From contig JAIBBJ010000199.1 in NCBI GenBank assembly GCA_019694735.1, positions 16,661 to 80,660 on the forward strand: a stretch of DNA of 64,000 nucleotides. The letters are read 5' to 3'. The notes beneath the pieces are model-generated. The model searched no databases. It saw only the letters and a program-made list of their open reading frames with translations, and was not told the origin of the DNA. Below are positions 55,700 through 64,000 of this stretch, piece by piece; the first letter of the stretch is position 1; each line of letters opens with the position of its first letter. Both the position numbers and the translations under genes were made by a program. Source of the stretch: Gemmatimonadaceae bacterium (GTDB lineage Bacteria > Gemmatimonadota > Gemmatimonadetes > Gemmatimonadales > Gemmatimonadaceae).

Positions 55700-57403
55700 T
55701 CAGGGATTCGGGACCGTGATGACCACCGTGCCGGTGGTGCTGCCGCCGCCACCGCCACCACCGCCGCCACCACCACCACCCATCGCGGCCGCCGCGGCGG
55801 CGCCGCCGCCCAGCACCGCGATCCACACCCACTTCGGCATGCCGCCCTTCTTCGCGACCGCCGGTGGCGCGCCGCCGCCCGGGCCCGCGGCCACCGCCGT
55901 GCGCAGCGGCACCGCGATGCGCGTGAGCTGCCCCGGCTGGAGCAGCACGTCCTGCGTGCGCGTCGGCAGCCCCGGGGCGCTCGTCTCGAGGCGATACCGC
56001 CCCATCGGCCCCGTGAACGTGAACGGCGACGCGCCCGTCGTGCCGGTCGTCACCTCGCCCCAGTGCCACCGCTCGATCCCGACGAGGCGCACCGAGGCGC
56101 CCGGCACGTCGGCCACCACCGTCAGCTGGCCGAAGAGATGGTTCTCGCGCCGCGCGACGTCGGCGACCGCGATCGTCTGCTGCGCCGTCACCGCCTGCCG
56201 CGCCGCCGCCAGCAGGGCCGCGGCGTTCGGGCCCGGCACCGCCGCGGACGCGCCCGACCACGGGCCGATCAGCCGGCCGAGGTAGTCCACCACCGGCGAG
56301 CCCGGCACCGCGTTCGCGATCTCCGTCCCCAGCTTGAGCGCGCCGAGCGGCCGCTGCGTCCACTCGTCGAGCGTGCTGCGCGTGTCGCCGGCGGTCCGGC
56401 ACTGCGCGAGGCCGATGCCCCACGCCGCCTGCCCGTCGATCAGCTGCGTCGCGAGCGGCGTCGAGTCCGGCCGCGCCTGCGGCAGCGCGAGCACCGCGAG
56501 GTTCGCGGTCGCGTCGTATGCCGCCACGCGGACTTCGCCCGGGGCGGGCGTGCCATTGAAGGACGCGCTGATCGCATCGCCGCCGCGGATCGCGCTGTAG
56601 GTCGTGACCACGAAGCGCCCGCCCACCACCGCGCCGGCGGCGCACGTCGGCGCCGCCGCGCCGAAGCGCGTCACCGACAGGGCCACGGTCGCGCGGAACG
56701 CCCGCTGCCGCGCGTCCTCGGTGATGTTCGCCGAGACCACCGCCGCCGACGTGAGCTGGAACGAGAGCGTCAGGTTCACGCCCGGCAGCACCTCGCGCGT
56801 GATGCGCGCGGGCAGGTAGCCCGTCGCGCCCACCTCGATCTCGTACGTCCCCGGCGCGAGCGTGAGCCCCGGACCGGCCGGGAGCACGCCGATCGTGTTG
56901 CCGTTGGCGCCGCGCACGAGGACGTTCACCGGCACCGGCATCGTCGAGGGGTCGAGCCGCAGCTGGCCCTGCGCCGCGCGGTTGCCGACGGCGGGCCACT
57001 GGTACGCCATGCGCGTGACGTCGTCGCCCGCGGTGCGCGAGCCGACCGCGGTCCGCGCCGTCCGCAGGGCCGTGACGACGCCCTGCGGGAAGGCGACGGT
57101 GTCGATCACGATCGCCGGATTGGTCCGCATCACCCAGCGCGCCCATGTCCCGGCGAGCGTCTCGTCGCCATTCTCGAGCAGCAGCTGCGTCACGAGTTGG
57201 GCGGCGCGCGCCCAGTTCGCGTCGGGCGCGCCGAGCGCGGGATTGAGCGCCGCGCGCGCGAAGTCCAGCGCGCGGTCGGGCGCGAAGTCGTCGTACGCCT
57301 GCGTCGCCTGCCGGAGCAGGTCGGAGCGCGTGGGCTGCTGCGCCGCGGCGGGCGCGGCGGCGACGGCCGCGAGTGCGGCGGCGAGAAGGAGGCGGCGCAT
57401 CAT
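55700..57403 (-). CDS. Secreted/anchored protein: helical N-domain, PEGA-like, degenerate trypsin-like domain, PEGA-like, hydrophobic + poly-Gly tail
   Basis: Signal peptide AAA/QQ; PGTYEIEVGATGY and GRYRLETSAPG PEGA-like motifs; trypsin-like scaffold (FVVTTYSAI, YD..ANLAVL, PGSPVVDYLGRLIG); ATGA overlap with the kinase. Confidence 0.75.
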   Translation of the reverse strand: MMRRLLLAAALAAVAAAPAAAQQPTRSDLLRQATQAYDDFAPDRALDFARAALNPALGAPDANWARAAQLVTQLLLENGDETLAGTWARWVMRTNPAIVIDTVAFPQGVVTALRTARTAVGSRTAGDDVTRMAYQWPAVGNRAAQGQLRLDPSTMPVPVNVLVRGANGNTIGVLPAGPGLTLAPGTYEIEVGATGYLPARITREVLPGVNLTLSFQLTSAAVVSANITEDARQRAFRATVALSVTRFGAAAPTCAAGAVVGGRFVVTTYSAIRGGDAISASFNGTPAPGEVRVAAYDATANLAVLALPQARPDSTPLATQLIDGQAAWGIGLAQCRTAGDTRSTLDEWTQRPLGALKLGTEIANAVPGSPVVDYLGRLIGPWSGASAAVPGPNAAALLAAARQAVTAQQTIAVADVARRENHLFGQLTVVADVPGASVRLVGIERWHWGEVTTGTTGASPFTFTGPMGRYRLETSAPGLPTRTQDVLLQPGQLTRIAVPLRTAVAAGPGGGAPPAVAKKGGMPKWVWIAVLGGGAAAAAAMGGGGGGGGGGGGGSTTGTVVITVPNP

Positions 57404-59232
57404 CCCTTGGGCTTGAGCTCGATGGTGATCGTCTTCACTTCACCGGCCTGCAGGTCCACCGTCTGCGAGACGGTCTCGTAACCGTCCTTCGAGACCTTGA
57501 TCGTGTGCGTCCCGCCGAGGAGACGCTCCTGGAAGTTCCCCTTGTTGCCGAGCGAGCGGCCGTCGATCTCGACCGTCCCCGCCACGGGGAGCCGCACGCG
57601 GAGCGTCGCCATCGCCGCGTCGGCGGCGCCTGCCGCCGGCGCACTCGGCGCGGGCTGCGTGGCGGGCTGCTGGGCGGGCAGCGTGGAAGCGGGTACGGTC
57701 GCCGGCGCGGAGGCCTGCTGGCGCGGCGCCGGGGCCTTGGTCGGGGCCTTCGTCGGCGCCTTGGTCTCCGCGGCAGGCGCCTTCGTCTCCGCCGCCGGCT
57801 TCGTCTCGGTCGCCGGGGGCGTCGTGGCGGGGGGCGCGCTCGCCCCCGTCGCGGAATCGGTGCCGGTCGTCGCCGCGCCGGCGACCGGGCCCGGCGTCGC
57901 CGTGCCCAGGGCCGACACCGGGGCCGACGCGACCTGCTGCGTCACCGGCGTGGCCGGCGCCTCGCCGCCCTTCGTCGCGAAGTACGCCGCCGCCCCGCCG
58001 CCGAGCACCACCACCGCGCCAATCACGGCGAACAGGCCGGCCTTGCTCTTCGGCTCCGGCGCCGGCGCAGGGGCCGGCGCGGCGGTCCGCGCCGCCGGCT
58101 TCTGCCCCGCCACCACCGTGCGGTCGTTCGGCCCCGTCGTCGCCTTCGCCGCCGACGACCGGTTCTTGCCGCTCGTCGAGCCCGCCGGATTCGCACCCGG
58201 GCCGCCCGTCCGCAGCTTCTTCGCCTCCGCGGGGTCGAGCACGACCGTCGCCACGCTCGGCCGCACCGGGCCGCGGGCCACGAAATCCGGGTCGGCCATC
58301 GACTCGATGAAGTCGTGCACCGTCAGGAAGCGGTCCGCCGCGTCCTTCGAGAGCGCGCGGGCCACCGCCTGCGCGACATGCGCCGGGATGTCCGGCACGT
58401 CGTCGTGCAGCGACGGGGCGGGGAACATGCAGTGCTTGTGCAGGATGTCGATCGCCGAGTCGCCGTCGAACGGCACGTGCCCCGCGAGCATCCGATACGC
58501 CATCACCGCCACCGAGTACTGGTCCGAGGCGCCGGAGACCGGCTTCCCCATCCCCTGCTCGGGGCTCATGAAGTACGGCGTGCCGATCACCGAGTCGGTC
58601 GCCGTGAGCTTCCCCTCGGAGAGCGCCTTCGCGATGCCGAAGTCCGTCACGATCACGCGGTCGCGCGAGTCCAGCATCACGTTCGCCGGCTTGATGTCGC
58701 GGTGGATGACCTTGTTCTGGTGCGCGTAGTCGAGGGCGTCGGCGACCTGGCGGAGGATCTCGCAGGTCTCGTCCACCGGGAGCGACCCGCGCTCCTTCAG
58801 CCGGTCCTCGAGCGACTGCCCCTCGAGGAACTTCATCGCGTACCAGAAGAGCTTGCCGCTGTCGCCGATCCGGTAGATCGGGATGATGTGCGGGTGGTCG
58901 AGCGCCGCCGCCGTCCGCGCCTCGCGCTTGAACCGCTCGACGCCATGACCGAACGTGAGCTCCGGCGGCAGCACCTTCAGCGCCACCTTGCGGGCCAGCC
59001 CCGTCTCCTCGGCGAGGTACACGACCGCCATGCCGCCGCGGCCGAGCATGTGCTTGACGTTGTAGACCCCCTTCGTGTCCTCGCGGAGCAGCCGCTCCAT
59101 GTGCAGGAACGAGGACTGGTCCATCGCCGCGGTCGCCGCGGCTTGGCCCTCGGCGTCGGAGACGAGGGACCCGCAGGAATGACAGAAGCGCGCCTCGTCA
59201 GGGACGGGCGTGCTGCAGTGGGCGCAGATCAT
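57400..59232 (-). CDS. Eukaryotic-like Ser/Thr protein kinase with N-terminal zinc ribbon, TM helix and C-terminal PEGA domain
   Basis: CAHC..CHSC; GRGGMAVVY; VALKVL; HRDIKPANV; DFGIAK; GTPYFMSPEQ; SDQYS; TM LFAVIGAVVVLGGGAAAYF; GTHTIKVSKDGYE. Confidence 0.93.
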   Translation of the reverse strand: MICAHCSTPVPDEARFCHSCGSLVSDAEGQAAATAAMDQSSFLHMERLLREDTKGVYNVKHMLGRGGMAVVYLAEETGLARKVALKVLPPELTFGHGVERFKREARTAAALDHPHIIPIYRIGDSGKLFWYAMKFLEGQSLEDRLKERGSLPVDETCEILRQVADALDYAHQNKVIHRDIKPANVMLDSRDRVIVTDFGIAKALSEGKLTATDSVIGTPYFMSPEQGMGKPVSGASDQYSVAVMAYRMLAGHVPFDGDSAIDILHKHCMFPAPSLHDDVPDIPAHVAQAVARALSKDAADRFLTVHDFIESMADPDFVARGPVRPSVATVVLDPAEAKKLRTGGPGANPAGSTSGKNRSSAAKATTGPNDRTVVAGQKPAARTAAPAPAPAPEPKSKAGLFAVIGAVVVLGGGAAAYFATKGGEAPATPVTQQVASAPVSALGTATPGPVAGAATTGTDSATGASAPPATTPPATETKPAAETKAPAAETKAPTKAPTKAPAPRQQASAPATVPASTLPAQQPATQPAPSAPAAGAADAAMATLRVRLPVAGTVEIDGRSLGNKGNFQERLLGGTHTIKVSKDGYETVSQTVDLQAGEVKTITIELKPKG

Positions 59233-59617
59233 CGGGCGTGAAGGGCCGTCGAATGGGGTGGGACCGACCCGCCGAATATCCGGTCAGACTCTAATGTTTG
59301 CAATATCCCGGACCGTCGAGGGTCGAACCGCCATCGGGACTCGGAACGGTGAGAGAATCGTGCCAGTCCGTCACGGTGGTGGAAGTCCCGACCGGCATCG
59401 CCGCCAAGTCCTTTCCGCGCAACGCGTTGCTCGGGGCCCGCAGCTGGGCGTCGCCGACGGGCTCCCCCCGGCGACCTGCGTCACCCCGGGAGGCGGTCGG
59501 AGGTTACCATGGGACCGTGCGACCGGACCCCTCTGACCGGCGGCTGCCGCGCGCGGCCCGTGCGCCGGGGCGCGAGTGATGCGCCGCTGCCGCGGCGCCG
59601 GTGCGGCGATTCGCCAG

Positions 59618-61762
59618 TCAGCCGGCGATCAGGCGCCAGACCTGCGCGACCAGGAAGGTCGCGACGACCCCCATGCCGAGCGGCAGCAGCGTGGCGACGG
59701 CCGTCCACTTCACACTGCGCGTCTCCTTGTGGATCGTGTAGATCGTCGTCGAGCAGGGGTTATGCAGCAGGCTGAACAGCATCAGGTTCACCGCCGTGAG
59801 CGCGGTCCAGCCGTGCTGCCGGAGCAGGGCCCCGACCTCGGCGGCGTCGAGCTCGAACATCACCCCCGCGCCCGCCCCCAGCTCGGGCGTGCCGCCCACG
59901 AGCACCGTGAGCATGAGCACCGTGGGGATCACGATCTCGTTCGCCGGGATCGCCACCACGTAGGCGAGCAGGATGACCCCGTTGAGGCCGAGGAGGATCC
60001 CGACGGGGTCCAACCATCGGGTGACATGGGCCGCGACGCTCTCGCCGCCCCAGCCGACGTTGGCGACGAGCCAGATCACCGCGCCGGCGGGCGCCGCGAA
60101 CACGATCGCGCGCCACAGCACGATCAGCGTCCGGTCGATCAGGCTCGTGTAGAGCGTCTGCCAGATCCGCGGCGGCCGGTACGGCGGCAGCTCCAGCGAG
60201 AAGCTCGTCGCCTCGCCGCGTAGCACGGTGCGCGTGAGCAGCCAGCTCGAGAGGAACATCGCCGCGACGCCGATCAGCGTGACCGCCACGACCGCGGTCG
60301 CCGAGACGAGGCCGGCCAGCGCCGGCGGCGCGAGCGCGCCGATGAAGATGGACGCGAGCAGGATCTGCGTCGGCCAGCGCCCGTTGCAGAGCGAGAAGTT
60401 GTTCGTGATGATCGCCACCAGCCGCTCGCGCGGCGAGTCGATCACGCGCGTCGCCACCACGCCGGCCGCGTTGCAGCCGAACCCCATGCACATCGTCAGC
60501 GCCTGCTTGCCGTGCGCACCCACGCGCCGGAAGAGCGCATCGAGGTTGAAGGCGACCCGCGGCAGGTAGCCGAAGTCCTCCAGCAGCGTGAACAGCGGGA
60601 AGAAGATCGCCATCGGCGGCAGCATCACGGCGATCACCCAGGCGGTCGCGAGATAGACGCCGTCCACGAGCAGCCCCGTGAGCCACCACGGGGCGCCCAT
60701 CGCGTCGAAGGCCCCGCGGAGCCACGGATGCCCGGCGTCCACGAGCAGCGACGCGATCATCCCCGACGGCACGTTGGCCCCCGCGATCGTCAGCCAGAAG
60801 ACGATGCCGAGCAGCAGCACCATCAGGGGGAACCCGGTCGCGCGGCTCGTCAGCAGGCGGTCGAGCGTCCGGTCGAACGTGAATCCCGCCTTCGCGGCCC
60901 CGCGGAGCGCCGCCCGCGCGGCGATCCGCTCCGCGGCCGCGTAGAGGCCCTGGGCGATGCGGTCGTGGAAGTCGGGACTGAGCCGCCACCGCACCTCGTT
61001 GGCGCGCGCGACGACCGCTGGCGGCAGCATGGCCTGCACCCGCTCGTCGGCGTTGAGCAGCCGCAGCGCCACCCAGCGCGCGTTCGGCCGCTCCGGCTCC
61101 GCCGCGCGCACGGCCGCCTCCACCTCGCCGATCAGCGCCTCGACCTCCGGCGTGAAGTGGCTCGCGCGGCCCGGGGCCGGCGCGACCTCGCCCCGCGCCA
61201 CCTGCTGCACCGCGGCGCGCAGCGCGTCGAGCCCCTCGCCCTGGCGCATCGCCGCGGGGACCACCGGCACTCCGAGCTCCCGGGCCAGCGCCTCGGCGTC
61301 CACGCCGATGCCGAGCCGGCGCGCCTCGTCCATCAGGTTGAGGCAGACCACCACACGTGGCGTGATCTCGAGCACCTGCAGCGCGAGGTTCAGGTTGCGC
61401 TCGAGCCGCGTCGCGTCGAGCACGATGATCGTGACGTCCGGCCGCCCGAACAGCAGCGCGTCGCGCGCGACCTCCTCGTCCGTGCTCGCCGCCTGCAGCG
61501 AGTACGTGCCGGGCAGGTCCACGAGCTTGAACCGGTCCCCGCCCACGGTGAACAGTCCTTCGGCGCGCGTGACCGTCTTGCCCGGCCAGTTGCCGGTGTG
61601 CTGCCGGAGGCCCGTGAGGGCGTTGAACACCGTGCTCTTGCCGGTGTTCGGGTTGCCGGCGAGCGCGACGAGGAAGTCCCAGCGGTCGGACCGCACCCCG
61701 AGCTGGACCAGCGATTCGTCGCGCGCCGGGAGGCGCGTCCGCATCGTCGTGCCCGGCGTCAT
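59618..61762 (-). CDS. feoB: Ferrous iron transport protein B
   Basis: GNPNTGKS, NWPGKTV, DLPGTYSL, NLMD G-motifs; EDFGYLPRVAF; MGFGCNAAG; CNGR; HNPCSTT; ATG 61762 overlaps the upstream stop (ATGA). Confidence 0.95.
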   Translation of the reverse strand: MTPGTTMRTRLPARDESLVQLGVRSDRWDFLVALAGNPNTGKSTVFNALTGLRQHTGNWPGKTVTRAEGLFTVGGDRFKLVDLPGTYSLQAASTDEEVARDALLFGRPDVTIIVLDATRLERNLNLALQVLEITPRVVVCLNLMDEARRLGIGVDAEALARELGVPVVPAAMRQGEGLDALRAAVQQVARGEVAPAPGRASHFTPEVEALIGEVEAAVRAAEPERPNARWVALRLLNADERVQAMLPPAVVARANEVRWRLSPDFHDRIAQGLYAAAERIAARAALRGAAKAGFTFDRTLDRLLTSRATGFPLMVLLLGIVFWLTIAGANVPSGMIASLLVDAGHPWLRGAFDAMGAPWWLTGLLVDGVYLATAWVIAVMLPPMAIFFPLFTLLEDFGYLPRVAFNLDALFRRVGAHGKQALTMCMGFGCNAAGVVATRVIDSPRERLVAIITNNFSLCNGRWPTQILLASIFIGALAPPALAGLVSATAVVAVTLIGVAAMFLSSWLLTRTVLRGEATSFSLELPPYRPPRIWQTLYTSLIDRTLIVLWRAIVFAAPAGAVIWLVANVGWGGESVAAHVTRWLDPVGILLGLNGVILLAYVVAIPANEIVIPTVLMLTVLVGGTPELGAGAGVMFELDAAEVGALLRQHGWTALTAVNLMLFSLLHNPCSTTIYTIHKETRSVKWTAVATLLPLGMGVVATFLVAQVWRLIAG

Positions 61763-62829
61763 GCCGCCCCCGCGGGCGCACCGCCGATCGCCGCATCCGC
61801 GGCCGCACCATCCTCCGCCGCGGGCTCGACCTCGATCCACGCCGCCTGATGCCGCCGCAGCGCGATCAGGGCGCCCCGGATCCGATAGGCGATCGGGTCG
61901 CCGCCCGCGGAGCGCATCTCGCCGACGATCCGCGTCCCGGGGACGACGCCGAGGTCGAGCAGCCGGCGGCGCTGTGCCCCCCGGCAATCCGAGGAGAGTC
62001 GCCGCACGCGGCCGACCTCGCCCATCGCGAGGTCCGCCAGTGTCCGCACCGGCCCGTGCGCGACCTCGGCGCGTTCGATGCTCACCGCCGGCTCGAACGC
62101 CCGCGGGATCGCCAGCTCACGGCCATCGAGCACGAGCGCCGTCATCGTCGGCGTGCGCGAGCGCACCACCACCGACTTGCCGAGCGCGAAGCCCTGCGCG
62201 ACGAGACGGTCGTAGGCGTCCGTCGGCTCGTCCTCGAGGTGCACGATCGTCCCGCCATCCCCGGGCGGCAGCGTCGGCAGCGGGAGGTCCGTCGTCACCG
62301 GCAACTCACCGGTCGCGGTCGGGATCGGGTCGCCGTGCGGGTCGAACCGGGGCTGCCCCAACCGTTCGGCGAGCCGCTCCACCTCCTCCGGCGTGAGCAG
62401 GTGCTCCTCGTCCTCCGCGACCTCGTGCCACTCCTCGGGGCCGATGCCGGTGCGGTCGGCGAGATAGTGCTCGAGCAACCGGTGCGACCGGACGATCCGG
62501 AGTGCCTCCGTGCGGCCTACGGCGGTCAGGCGGTGCCCCAACGGGCCGTGCCGTTCGGCGAGGCCGCGATCGGTCAGCCGGTCGAGCAGGTCGCGCGCCA
62601 CGGCCTGCCGGACCTGTAGCGCGCCGGCCAGCGCGTCCGGCGTGACGTCGGTCCCCTCGGCGCCCCGATGGAAGAGGTACTTGAGTGCATCCTCCACGCG
62701 GACCCGTTCGGTCGCCCGCCGGAGGCGGCGCAGGCGCGCCGCGACCCCCACGCGCGGCCAGAAGGCGGCGAGGCAGAGGGTGCTGAGGAGGGCGAAGAGC
62801 CCGAGGGCGAGGGCAGGGTCGGTGTACAT
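61759..62829 (-). CDS. Membrane-anchored DtxR/MntR family metalloregulator fused to two FeoA/SH3-like domains
   Basis: N-terminal hydrophobic helix; EDALKYLF wHTH; LTAVGRTEALRIVRSHRLLEHYL; HEVAEDEEH; PRFDPHGDPIP; C-terminal canonical FeoA RRLLDLGVVPGTRI...GDPIAYRIRGALIALR. Confidence 0.88.
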   Translation of the reverse strand: MYTDPALALGLFALLSTLCLAAFWPRVGVAARLRRLRRATERVRVEDALKYLFHRGAEGTDVTPDALAGALQVRQAVARDLLDRLTDRGLAERHGPLGHRLTAVGRTEALRIVRSHRLLEHYLADRTGIGPEEWHEVAEDEEHLLTPEEVERLAERLGQPRFDPHGDPIPTATGELPVTTDLPLPTLPPGDGGTIVHLEDEPTDAYDRLVAQGFALGKSVVVRSRTPTMTALVLDGRELAIPRAFEPAVSIERAEVAHGPVRTLADLAMGEVGRVRRLSSDCRGAQRRRLLDLGVVPGTRIVGEMRSAGGDPIAYRIRGALIALRRHQAAWIEVEPAAEDGAAADAAIGGAPAGAA

Positions 62830-62832
62830 ATC

Positions 62833-62850
62833 TTTTAGGACGTACGAAAA
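62833..62850. promoter_or_regulatory. Candidate DtxR/MntR-type operator (imperfect AT-rich palindrome)
   Basis: TTTTAGGACGTACGAAAA: 7 of 9 symmetric pairs; TTTAGG half-site; 3 bp from the regulator start codon in otherwise GC-rich DNA. Confidence 0.55.
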
Positions 62851-63059
62851 ATGCGGAGCGCGCGGACCGTCGTCAAGGCGCCGCGCGGCGCCCCGGACCG
62901 TTCCGGCGCGGGCGGACCTTGGAGGGTGGCGTATGCGTCAGCCCCGTAGCCCGTGCCGGTCGCGCCAGGCGGACGCGCCCTTCGCGCGCTGACCTCCACG
63001 AGCCTCCGGGCCGCCGCGAGCCGTGGAGCGCGCCGCAGGCGGCAGGGCCGGGGACGCGA

Positions 63060-63088
63060 ACGCCCCCCGCCGCGAGGGCGGGGGGCGT
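63060..63088 (-). terminator. 12-bp-stem hairpin downstream of the S8 peptidase
   Basis: ACGCCCCCCGCC-GCGAG-GGCGGGGGGCGT. Confidence 0.5.
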
Positions 63089-63111
63089 CCGGTCCCACCG
63101 GGGGCGCGCGG

Positions 63112-64000
<889 letters not shown>

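Noticed and set aside
48605-57481. 2958-aa plus-strand ORF and other long nested ORFs (e.g. 344..2905, 3115..6138, 15295..18615, 50172..54284, 57373..59241)
   Set aside because: Arg/Gly/Ala/Pro-rich low-complexity translations antisense or frame-shifted to clear genes; stop codons are scarce in such GC-rich DNA
59350-59365. Possible sigma-54 promoter (TGGCACG on the minus strand) upstream of the kinase operon
   Set aside because: The -24 element matches but the -12 position reads TCTC rather than TTGC; too weak to call
59233-59617. 385-bp intergenic region as a possible riboswitch or sRNA, including the 12-bp palindrome GCAACGCGTTGC at 59419-59430
   Set aside because: No recognisable c-di-GMP, cobalamin, SAM or other aptamer core by eye; one short palindrome is not enough. 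An Infernal/Rfam scan would settle it

Overview
Very GC-rich (~70-75% by eye) bacterial chromosomal window. Gene content (Vps10/BNR glycosyl hydrolase, DUF5916, eukaryotic-like Ser/Thr kinase, many exported beta-propellers and lipoproteins) suggests Gemmatimonadota; this is an inference, not a placement. About 38 credible protein genes, one TPP riboswitch, several hairpins and candidate operators. No rRNA, tRNA, CRISPR array or mobile element was seen. Most long ORFs in the supplied track are antisense or shifted-frame shadows typical of high-GC DNA. Highlights: (1) a stand-alone, overlapping bchE-hemN-bchJ operon for O2-independent (bacterio)chlorophyll precursor synthesis, preceded by three PpsR/CrtJ-like TGT-N12-ACA boxes (two of them 8 bp apart), which points to an anoxygenic phototroph; (2) a tightly linked three-gene surface system: zinc-ribbon Ser/Thr kinase with external PEGA domain, then a PEGA protein with a trypsin-like domain lacking all three catalytic residues and an unusual poly-Gly tail, then a 3307-aa lipoprotein with 29 FN3 repeats, each carrying a Cys-x4-Cys pair, and a PPC-domain tip; (3) a membrane-anchored DtxR/MntR-FeoA-FeoA fusion coupled to feoB, with a candidate operator 3 bp from its start; (4) a TPP-riboswitch-controlled TonB receptor; (5) a bacterial aeRF1-like (Balon-like) protein next to a CBS protein; (6) a Tat-linked GMC oxidoreductase/TIM-barrel sugar module; (7) an orphan PilB/GspE ATPase fused to an atypical receiver domain. 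All assignments come from motif recognition in the translated sequence; no database searches were run.
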